Part shown: one piece after another, positions 56,490 to 64,000 of the stretch
How positions within the stretch are numbered: the stretch's first letter is position 1
Layout of the letters: the number at the start of each line of letters is the position of its first letter
NCBI GenBank assembly: GCA_963787695.1
Contig: CAWBDX010000003.1
Span: forward strand, 254,973-318,972
DNA: 64,000 nucleotides
Origin: an uncultured Gammaproteobacteria bacterium
GTDB lineage: Bacteria > Pseudomonadota > Gammaproteobacteria > Steroidobacterales > Steroidobacteraceae
Direction: 5' to 3'
Program-made: the position numbers and the translations under genes
The notes under the pieces: model-generated
Told to the model about the DNA's origin: nothing
Seen by the model: only the letters and a program-made list of their open reading frames with translations
Databases searched by the model: none

Positions 56490-57080
56490 CTAGCTCCTGG
56501 TACTGGGCACAAACACCGACTGCATCCCAGCGGCTTCTGCGGCCCGTATTCCGAGTGGACTGTCTTCGAATACCAGGCACTCTGCCGGAAGCACGTTCAA
56601 TCGCCGGGCCGCCTCCAGAAAGGGGTCCGGGCAGGGCTTTCCCCGTGCGTAATCCTCAACACACACTACGGCGCTAAAGAGCACCCGAATTCCTAGCGCA
56701 TCCAGAGTCCGTTCTATTTGCCGACGAAAACCGCCGGAAGCAACCGCCAACGGTTTGATTCCGTACCACCGCCGCGCGACCTGCACCACTGAGTCAATCG
56801 GCTTGACTTCGTCGATCATCTCCAGGAAGTACCCCTCCTTACGCTCAGCGGCCCTTTGCACGTCGTCAACCCTCAACCCATACTCATCCCTGAGCAGACT
56901 TAAGATTTGCACCGTCGGTCTACCACCCAATTGATAAAAAAGTTCTATCGGGAATGTCCCCCCGAGTTCCGCAACGAACCGCGTCCATGCGCGGTAGTGC
57001 AGCGGCATGGTGTCCGCCAGCGTTCCGTCGCAATCGAATATGTAGCCGCCAAATTCGCGGTCGGGAATTGCCAATTTCAT
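56490..57080 (-). CDS. HAD family hydrolase (beta-phosphoglucomutase-like subfamily)
   Basis: Trimmed to ATG 57080. HAD motif I (FDCDGTLADT) and late motifs (VASGG..., FEDSPLGIRAA). Confidence 0.85.
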   Translation of the reverse strand: MKLAIPDREFGGYIFDCDGTLADTMPLHYRAWTRFVAELGGTFPIELFYQLGGRPTVQILSLLRDEYGLRVDDVQRAAERKEGYFLEMIDEVKPIDSVVQVARRWYGIKPLAVASGGFRRQIERTLDALGIRVLFSAVVCVEDYARGKPCPDPFLEAARRLNVLPAECLVFEDSPLGIRAAEAAGMQSVFVPSTRS

Positions 57081-57439
57081 TAATTTGGGGGCTGCCGTTG
57101 GTTTAACAGAAGTTACCTGCGACTCCTCCCAGAAGCAAACAGACCCGAAATCACTTTGGCGGCACTCGCCCGGCGACGGCGGCCGAGAGGCGTGATTTCG
57201 GTCCGCCCTTCGGATCTCGGACCAGCCGCTGTCTACCCCTCGGAATCTCCACCAAACGCTAGCCGCGCACACGAGCGAGACCAGTTACGTATTCGACTCA
57301 TATGCGCCACACATAAATGGACGACGCTCCAAATCTGTTGCTCACCGGTCACCTGGATAAACTTGGGCGCCAAGCGCTTAGGTGCCGCTCGGTGTCGGCA
57401 ACTCATAGATTTGAGCAAACCGCGCATGCCACGGTTGTG

Positions 57440-57961
57440 TCATCTACCGCTCGAGATCGCGATCAGCAGACCGACGCTCACGCCCAGCGATTGCTCGTGT
57501 CCCTTCCCAAAATCGTAGCCGTAGCTCGGCTCAAGATACCAGCCGAATTTATGCTTGGAAGAGGGCCAAAACATAAAGTCGAGCACGGCCTCACCGCCCA
57601 CTGAGTTGGTGGTTGAACCCTGACCATTGGTATGTATCCATTGCGGCCCAAGGCCGATCATGAACTCCACATTGTCCGATAGCGTCCACGGCCTTTTGAA
57701 AAGCAGATCAGTGTCCCATTCAGTTTTGCCATGACTGAAGAGTGAGGTCACGCCGGCCTCGAACTCAAGCCAGTTCTCGATGGGAGTAACTTCAATGGCG
57801 ATTGTTGGGCCAAAATTCGCGCTACCGCCCTTGAGGCTCTGTTCGCCTGCGGTGCCCAATTCAAGTACCGCGCCAGGCTCCTCTGCTTCGGTCTGAGAGA
57901 CTGCCATTCCTGCCAACAGCAGTAACGCGACCGTCAATCCAGCGGCCATTCGCAGGTACAT
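57440..57961 (-). CDS. Hypothetical exported protein (possibly a small beta-barrel)
   Basis: Signal-like N-terminus (AAGLTVALLLLAGMAVSQTEA), with alternating hydrophobic patterns and aromatic-rich strands. The start is uncertain. Confidence 0.5.
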   Translation of the reverse strand: MYLRMAAGLTVALLLLAGMAVSQTEAEEPGAVLELGTAGEQSLKGGSANFGPTIAIEVTPIENWLEFEAGVTSLFSHGKTEWDTDLLFKRPWTLSDNVEFMIGLGPQWIHTNGQGSTTNSVGGEAVLDFMFWPSSKHKFGWYLEPSYGYDFGKGHEQSLGVSVGLLIAISSGR

Positions 57962-58212
57962 CAAAAACCAACCGGGCGCAGACGCGAAGAAAGTCGGCAA
58001 ATTAGTGCGGGCATTGTTTTGCAGAAGTCCAATCCTATCACGCAGTTCTTGCGGTCAAGGCCGGTCTCCGCCGGGCCGGGCCTCTTCGCACCGCAACGCT
58101 CCACAACCCGGCTCGCCGAAGGCGGAATCAAGTCATTTTGTGTCAACCGTCTCGGATCATTTCCGTTCTCTCAGACGTATGTTCTATATCGACGCATGAA
58201 GGGAGGCGAGCG

Positions 58213-58476
58213 ATGATTGAACCTACCATCAGATTTCCCGTTGCATGTCCGAAATGCGGGAGGGAGCAACTGACTGAATTTCCCATAAACGAAGTGGCGG
58301 ATGCCCTCGCTAGGGGCTCAGATATTAGTCTGGTAGCTACCTGCCACGACGTAATTTGGACCGCTACAGAATTGGAGTTGGAGCAAATCCAGCAATACCT
58401 GGTTGTCGCGCAGGGGAAGCTAGGTCAAGCAGATCGCAAGTCGCGCCGGTGCAACCGCCGGCCGGATGCGCATTAG
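58213..58476 (+). CDS. Hypothetical 87-aa protein
   Basis: Trimmed to ATG 58213 behind a strong SD (GGGAGG). It contains a CPKC pair. No family recognised. Confidence 0.5.
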   Translation: MIEPTIRFPVACPKCGREQLTEFPINEVADALARGSDISLVATCHDVIWTATELELEQIQQYLVVAQGKLGQADRKSRRCNRRPDAH

Positions 58477-60182
58477 TCATCATCGGGGTCGGTCGGCGGC
58501 CGCTTGTCGTTCAAGAAATGAGCCGCACTGAGCTGGGCGGGAATCGCCCGGAACGTGAGTGGCGAGTGGGTTAGGTCGAAACAATCGGACAGGTCATCTG
58601 CTGGGCCGTCCGCGTATCCGAGCGACGGAAGGTTGAAGGCAGTCTCAATGTATTTGAGGATACTGCCAAAATCGTGCGTAACATGGGAGATATAAGCGGC
58701 TTTGGCGTAGGGTGACACGACGATGAGAGGGACTCGGAAGCCGTAGACATATCCTGATCCCCAGCTGAGGCCATCGTCGATGACTTTAGGGGCAACGTGG
58801 TCGTACCAGCCGCCCCAATCGTCCCACGTTATGATGATTGCCGTGTTCGCCCAATAAGGGCTGTTGCCGATCAAATTGACGATCGAGGCAACCCAGGATG
58901 GTCCGCTGCCGTCATTGCTTTTGGCATGATCGGAACTCAAGCCATCGGGAATGATCCAGGTTACCTGCGCGAGCTGCCCGTTGGCGATGTCTTGAAGCAC
59001 TTGCTTTTCTGGGATGACCACGTTGCTCATCCACTCCGGCCCGACGCACGTGAGCGTGCCGTTGATGGTCTGCTGCTGACAGATATGCTCAATCGCATCG
59101 GGCCCAGTCCAGATGGAACCGGCGCTGGGAGCGTAGTAGCGCCAGGTCACGCCCTTGACTCCGAGCAGATCAGTCAACGTGGGATGTTCGAAGCAAGGAT
59201 ATTGCGGCGCAGGTTTGGTCTCGCTGCCGCTGGCGTCAATCATGGTTACCAGCGCGCCCGTCGGCGCAATGCATCCTGCGACTGCCGATGCGGGGTTCTC
59301 GGCCGCGAACAGCGGACTAGTTGCCGTCGGTGCCGACGTGCCGGATATGATGAACTGGTGAGCGGGAAAGCTCGGCCCTTGATTGGTCTGAAACATGCGG
59401 TCACCAAATGTGTATTGCTCGGCCAGCGCGAAGTAGGGCTGCACATCCGCGGGTTTGACATACATGAATTGTGGATTGGGTGGACATTGGAGGGGCGCCC
59501 CGCATGACGGGATCAGATTCGCCCCGTCCATTTTCCCGCCGTCGTACATCGCAACAAACGCGCTATGAGCGTGGCTGTTATCGTAATTTTGAGGGTTTGA
59601 GCCCGCGGTACCTAGGTCAATGGGGCTGAGCGTAATCGTCTTCCCCAGAGAGTTAACGCCGCTGCTGGCGATGTCGGCGCCCCGCGCGACCAACACCGCG
59701 TCTTGGAAAAGATTGTCGGGGGTGCGGTTCTCCTGAAAAATGACTACCACGTGCTGAATTACGGCCGCAGTGGTCAGGTTGAGCGTCTGGGCTCCGTTGC
59801 TGGGAGTCAATTTATTACCGTCGATTGCCGCAACGGAGAAAGCGTAGTTACCGCCCGGTGTACTGGTCGTCGTGGACACTGTCAGCGTGGATGTGCCGGG
59901 CGTCGCCCCGCTAACCTTCACTGCAGATGCGCCCAAGGCACAACTCGGAGACAGGGTGCCACCGCTGACGATGCTGCACGATAGACTGACGCTGCCCGTA
60001 TAGCCATTGACCGAATTCACCGTTATGAGCGAGGAGGACATGTTCCCCGCGGTAACGGTAGCCGGATTTAGCGCCGCAGCCGTGAGCGTATAGCTAGGTG
60101 GCGGCGTGCCGCCGCCGCCGCCGCAGCCGCCCAGGCTGAGTAGCAGCGCCCCGGAAATGCCTACGAAACGAAATCCACTCAT
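58473..60182 (-). CDS. Phosphoesterase family lipoprotein (phospholipase C / acid phosphatase AcpA type) with an N-terminal Ig-like region
   Basis: Lipobox LSLGGC plus a Gly linker. The segments VVVIFQENRTPDNLF and TWDDWGGWYDHV are hallmark phosphoesterase-family sequences. Confidence 0.85.
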   Translation of the reverse strand: MSGFRFVGISGALLLSLGGCGGGGGTPPPSYTLTAAALNPATVTAGNMSSSLITVNSVNGYTGSVSLSCSIVSGGTLSPSCALGASAVKVSGATPGTSTLTVSTTTSTPGGNYAFSVAAIDGNKLTPSNGAQTLNLTTAAVIQHVVVIFQENRTPDNLFQDAVLVARGADIASSGVNSLGKTITLSPIDLGTAGSNPQNYDNSHAHSAFVAMYDGGKMDGANLIPSCGAPLQCPPNPQFMYVKPADVQPYFALAEQYTFGDRMFQTNQGPSFPAHQFIISGTSAPTATSPLFAAENPASAVAGCIAPTGALVTMIDASGSETKPAPQYPCFEHPTLTDLLGVKGVTWRYYAPSAGSIWTGPDAIEHICQQQTINGTLTCVGPEWMSNVVIPEKQVLQDIANGQLAQVTWIIPDGLSSDHAKSNDGSGPSWVASIVNLIGNSPYWANTAIIITWDDWGGWYDHVAPKVIDDGLSWGSGYVYGFRVPLIVVSPYAKAAYISHVTHDFGSILKYIETAFNLPSLGYADGPADDLSDCFDLTHSPLTFRAIPAQLSAAHFLNDKRPPTDPDDD

Positions 60183-60573
60183 ACACCGCTCTCCATCCCG
60201 GTGGCCTTCGACCGCGTCATCGGACCATTTGGCCGACCCCCGGTTCCTGACGTCGCCATATATCTGTCCTATAGATGGCGTGTGTGAATTACCGCGCGAA
60301 TTGCGTTGGCGCTCCCACGTGTAAACGCGCGGCAGGCGAAGCCGTTGACAACTTGATCAATGCGCAGTAGCGCTCCTTAGCTCTCCGCGCGCTATTGCTT
60401 CGGCTACTCACCCGAACCAGATTTTGGGATCGGCGAGGATCTGCTGTTGATCGAGGCAGCGATCAACGCGTTGCGGGATAATTCCCCCAAGGGCTGATCG
60501 TTCGGTCGCAAGCCCGTTGCGACCTCCTCCGCAGTCTCAGGATTCTCGCCCGCCTGGTTTTTTCATTGAGTCG

Positions 60574-62166
60574 TCACGGACAACTGCCCGCCGGCGGAGT
60601 GTGCAGCAGAACGCGGCCGGCCGGTTGACCGGTCATTTCCCCGGCGTGAATGGCAGATCGGCCGTTGACCCACAACTCCTCCACTCCTTCCGATAGGATC
60701 TTCGGATGCAAGTAGTCGGCCTTGGGTGCGTAGCGAACGGGATCGAAGACCACGACGTCGGCGAAATAGCCTTCTTTAAGATAGCCGCGACGGTCGAGAT
60801 TGAACATATCGGCGCTTCGGCCTGTGGAGCTTCGGATGAATTCATCCAAACTGATAACCTTGTCTTTCTGAACGTACTTTGCGTACTTCATCGGAAACGT
60901 GGCGTACTGTCGTGGGTGCCCGTCGGAACCATCGGACGAAGTGACCACCCACGGTTGGCGCATGAACAATCGGATATCGTTCTCGCTCATGTTGAACGAT
61001 GCGACATCGGTTCCATGCTCACTGGCACGAATGATGCGCAGAGCCGCATCGATCGGTTCGATCATCCAGGTCTGCGCTATCCGCGCCAGTGTCTTACCGG
61101 TCCACGCAGTGTTCGCGCTGGTCATCAGCAGGGATTCGGCGCCACCACGACGCCGGAGGTTCTCGCGCATTTCTGTACGGATCTTCTCTCGTTGTTCTGC
61201 GCTTTCGAGGCGTGTCAATAGCGCCGAGCGCCCACCGTCGACGGACCATCTAGGCAGGAGCGAGGATTCGAGGTTGGAGCCGGACGCGGCCCACGGATAC
61301 TGGTCGGCAGTCACATCCTGCCCCGCTCTGCGGGCCGTATCGATGGCGGCAATTACCTGTGGCGCCTGTCCCTGCACGTCGACGCCTAGGGCTTTGATAT
61401 GCGCAATGTGCACGGGCATGCCGGCCTCGCGGCCAATCTGGATCGCCTCATTCACCGAATTCAGAAGTCCGATGCTGTAGGACGACTCATCGCGCTGATG
61501 TGTGTCGTAGATACCGCCGCGTATCGCGGCTTCTTTGGCCAGCGCAATCACCTCATCGGTTTTCGCGAAGCTTTGTGGAGCGTAGAACAGCCCGGTTGAA
61601 AACCCGATTGCGCCTTCGCACATGCCTTTGGCCACCAACTTGCGCATCTCATTGAGTTCAACGGTGCTCGGGGCGCGATCGTTCTCCTGCAACACCTGGT
61701 TGCGGACCGCGCCGAAGCCCACATAAAGCACCAGGTTTGTGCCGATGCCCTGGCGCTCGAACTGGGCACGTTCCTTCCTCACATCCGGGGTTCCATACCC
61801 GTCGACTCCCATTAACAACGTCGTTGCCCCCTGGAACAGCCAAGGGGCGCTCAGTCGCTGTTTGGAATCGTTCGATCGAACGTATGTCTCAGGATGAGTG
61901 TGTGCGTCGATAAAGCCCGGCGCGACGATTTTGCCCTTCGCATCTACGATTTCTCGTGGTTGGTAGCGCTTTGCGCCATCGGGCCCCACATAAACGATCT
62001 TGTCGCCGACAATCACCACATCATCCCTCGAAGGCGGCGTGGCAGCGCCATCGTAAACCGTGCCGCCCCGAATGAGCACGTCTGCCGGCACCGCTGCAGC
62101 AGCGGGCCCAACTGCGGCAAACCACGCCGTCGCGTACATTCCGATAAGCAGGCCGACAAACCTCAT
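60574..62166 (-). CDS. N-acyl-D-amino-acid deacylase (D-aminoacylase) family amidohydrolase, secreted
   Basis: Signal peptide, then VLIRGGTVYDG...VAPGFIDAHTH and a later metal-ligand pattern (HIAHIK). Confidence 0.85.
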   Translation of the reverse strand: MRFVGLLIGMYATAWFAAVGPAAAAVPADVLIRGGTVYDGAATPPSRDDVVIVGDKIVYVGPDGAKRYQPREIVDAKGKIVAPGFIDAHTHPETYVRSNDSKQRLSAPWLFQGATTLLMGVDGYGTPDVRKERAQFERQGIGTNLVLYVGFGAVRNQVLQENDRAPSTVELNEMRKLVAKGMCEGAIGFSTGLFYAPQSFAKTDEVIALAKEAAIRGGIYDTHQRDESSYSIGLLNSVNEAIQIGREAGMPVHIAHIKALGVDVQGQAPQVIAAIDTARRAGQDVTADQYPWAASGSNLESSLLPRWSVDGGRSALLTRLESAEQREKIRTEMRENLRRRGGAESLLMTSANTAWTGKTLARIAQTWMIEPIDAALRIIRASEHGTDVASFNMSENDIRLFMRQPWVVTSSDGSDGHPRQYATFPMKYAKYVQKDKVISLDEFIRSSTGRSADMFNLDRRGYLKEGYFADVVVFDPVRYAPKADYLHPKILSEGVEELWVNGRSAIHAGEMTGQPAGRVLLHTPPAGSCP

Positions 62167-62225
62167 GAAACGTCATTCCTGGGATGTCGATTCATGAGGC
62201 GCCCGCCGACTCGATCGAAACGTTC

Positions 62226-62477
62226 TCAGGCCCGCCGTCGAATTGCGTGATAGATGACCAGCACGACAATCGCGCCGACGACAGCCACCAAGATGCTGTA
62301 AAGATTCACGCCGCTGACACCCGCCATGCCAAACGTTTGGAATAAATACCCACCCACCACCGCGCCGACAACGCCCAGCACAATGTCCAGTAAAAAGCCC
62401 TCTCCGGATTTGTTGACGACCTTGCTGGCAATAAATCCCGCTATCAGACCAAGCACAATCCAGGCGATAAATGACAT
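62226..62477 (-). CDS. GlsB/YeaQ/YmgE family stress-response membrane protein
   Basis: WIVLGLIAGFIASKVV...DIVLGVVGAVVGGYLF signature. Confidence 0.9.
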   Translation of the reverse strand: MSFIAWIVLGLIAGFIASKVVNKSGEGFLLDIVLGVVGAVVGGYLFQTFGMAGVSGVNLYSILVAVVGAIVVLVIYHAIRRRA

Positions 62478-62599
62478 GTTCGCTCCCCCTACTTGTTTGC
62501 ATGCCGGGACACGGCATTGCCGCGGACCTCGGGGGTTCGATCATGCGCCGCCCACCAATACATAGGAAGCGTTGAACACCGAAAAGTGTTGGAACAAGA

Positions 62600-63952
62600 C
62601 TAGATCGCGGCCTGCATTGCACCGATGGCGCTCGTTGCAGCGAGCGCCTGATCCAGGCTGGTGCGCAGCAACCCGATGGCTTCATCCACTTCCGCGGCGC
62701 TCACGCACAACGGTGGCATGAAGCGCACGGTGCTCACCCCGCAGGAAAGCAGTAGCAGCCCATTGTGGTAGGCACGGTTGAGGATGGCGTCGACAAGCGC
62801 GATCGCCGGTGCTCGGTCTGCCCTTGGGTCGATCATCTCCATACCGATCATCAGCCCACGACCTCGCACCTCCCCGATGCACGGATAACTACCTGCGAGT
62901 TCACGGAGCTGTTCCATGAAGTACGCGCCTACTCTGGTCGCGTTGGCTGCATATTCCTGAGTTACCAGATCCATGGTGGCGTTTGCGGCCGCGCAGACAA
63001 TCGGGTTGCCGCCGAACGTGTTGCCGTGAGCGCCGCGTTTCCACTGCTGCATGATGCGACGCTTGGCGATGACTGCGCCGATGGGCATGCCCGAACCGAG
63101 GCCTTTCGCGAGGGTCACGATGTCGGGAGAGACCGCAAAGTGCTCGCTTGCAAACATCCTGCCCGTGCGTCCAGTGCCCGATTGAACTTCATCGAAGATC
63201 AGCAGGATACCGTGCTCGTCGCACAGCGAACGCAGGCCAGCTAGAAAACCCTCCGGCGGCACGAGGTAACCGCCCTCGCCTTGAATCGGCTCGACCAGGA
63301 TCGCAGCGACCTCCGACGGCGGCACGCTGCGATCGAACAGCACGCGGATGTAATCGAGCACCGCGCGACCCTGATCGGCACCGGCGAAAAGCGGTCTATA
63401 GGAATTCGGATAAGGCACGTGCGTCACCCCGGGCATCGTCGGTGCAAACCCTTTCTGCTGTGTGTACTTGCTCGAGGTGAACGCAAGCGAGCCCATCGTG
63501 CGGCCGTGAAAGCCGCCCAGAAAGCCGATGAATCGCTGCCTGCCGCTGACGTAGCGCGCGAGCTTCAGCGCGCCTTCGACCGCTTCGGTGCCGGACTGAC
63601 AGAAAAAGCTCATCGCAGGCTCGCCGAAGGGTGCGACTCGTGCCAGCCGCTCCGCCAAGCCCACCATCCCTTCATGCCAATAATCGCTGGAAATGTGTAG
63701 GAACTTTCCGGCCGCTTCACGGATTGCAGCGACGACCTGCGGATGTGCGTGACCGGTCGAGCACACGGCAATACCCGCGGCAAAATCGAGAAATCGATTG
63801 CCATCAACGTCCCACACGTCGGTGCCGCGCCCATGCGACATGACAAACGGATAGTCGCGCGGGTAGGAGGGTGAGATCACTTGCGCATCGCGGGCGATCA
63901 GTGCGCGTGCGTGAGGGCCCGGCAGCTCGGCTTTCAATTTCATATCATTCAC
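62600..63952 (-). CDS. Class III PLP-dependent aminotransferase (GABA/acetylornithine aminotransferase-like)
   Basis: SGTEAVEGALKLAR, DEVQSGTGRTG and the TLAKGLGSG (PLP Lys) motifs. GTG 63952, with an alternative ATG at 63943. Confidence 0.9.
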   Translation of the reverse strand: MNDMKLKAELPGPHARALIARDAQVISPSYPRDYPFVMSHGRGTDVWDVDGNRFLDFAAGIAVCSTGHAHPQVVAAIREAAGKFLHISSDYWHEGMVGLAERLARVAPFGEPAMSFFCQSGTEAVEGALKLARYVSGRQRFIGFLGGFHGRTMGSLAFTSSKYTQQKGFAPTMPGVTHVPYPNSYRPLFAGADQGRAVLDYIRVLFDRSVPPSEVAAILVEPIQGEGGYLVPPEGFLAGLRSLCDEHGILLIFDEVQSGTGRTGRMFASEHFAVSPDIVTLAKGLGSGMPIGAVIAKRRIMQQWKRGAHGNTFGGNPIVCAAANATMDLVTQEYAANATRVGAYFMEQLRELAGSYPCIGEVRGRGLMIGMEMIDPRADRAPAIALVDAILNRAYHNGLLLLSCGVSTVRFMPPLCVSAAEVDEAIGLLRTSLDQALAATSAIGAMQAAI

Positions 63953-64000
63953 AGTGATCTCTCCCGGGACAGCGTTACGGGGCGGCGATGCGCCTCGCTC

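Noticed and set aside
57081-57272. 64-codon N-terminal extension of the HAD hydrolase ORF.
   Set aside because: The extension is not protein-like and covers the structured element. HAD motif I follows closely after ATG 57080.
60446-60514. Two hairpins (TTGATCG-N6-CGATCAA and GGTCGCAA-N5-TTGCGACC) between the D-aminoacylase and phosphoesterase genes, considered as terminators.
   Set aside because: Neither is followed by a T-run on either strand. They are noted only as possible structure, and the coordinates are not anchored to an ORF.

Overview
This is a 64-kb high-GC bacterial chromosomal segment. Hand counts give most genes about 62-67% GC. It is densely packed with about 65 protein-coding genes on both strands. 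I found no rRNA, tRNA, CRISPR array, transposase, integrase or phage genes. All family calls come from reading motifs in the supplied translations by eye, with no database search. The content is typical of a soil or aquatic Gram-negative-type genome.

Gene content:
- Secreted or lipoprotein hydrolases: PHB-depolymerase-type esterase, tannase/feruloyl esterase, three other alpha/beta hydrolases, a PLC/AcpA-type phosphoesterase, D-aminoacylase and CDP-diacylglycerol diphosphatase.
- Transporters: two MFS and one EamA.
- Detoxification enzymes: two GSTs, two VOC/glyoxalases, an SDR and RidA.
- Regulators: a Ser/Thr kinase with TPR repeats, AraC/GyrI, BlaI/BlaR1-like, PadR, GbsR/MarR, a Cache histidine kinase and a CadC-like wHTH-TPR protein.
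- Conserved proteins of unknown function: UPF0182, DUF1111, DUF2269, DUF3667, DUF883 x2 and SYLF.

No recognisable defence, secretion or complete biosynthetic system is present. Items most worth a second look:
1. An orphan SagB/ThcOx-type dehydrogenase with an N-terminal extension, immediately preceded by a strongly SD-led 71-codon basic ORF. This could be a minimal peptide-modification pair with no YcaO partner.
2. Four genes with disrupted reading frames: the histidine kinase at a T5 run, DUF3667, the wHTH-TPR regulator, and a YceI gene without a start. A fatty-acid-hydroxylase relic is also present. These are either assembly indels or real gene decay.
3. A perfect trinucleotide (GCC/CGC) tract of 11-12 units in a gene-poor 1-kb gap, next to a sigma-54-like promoter. 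A second, near-consensus sigma-54-like element has no obvious downstream gene.
4. A BlaR1-type M56 sensor whose extracytoplasmic domain is not a penicillin-binding domain, with distinctive ACTAT/ATAGT operator-like dyads.
5. A roughly 32-bp near-palindrome centred on the start codon of the GbsR-type regulator.
6. A lower-GC block carrying an alpha-carbonic anhydrase and the orphan kinase.

Coordinates of non-ORF features were anchored to the ORF track but may be off by 1-2 nt.
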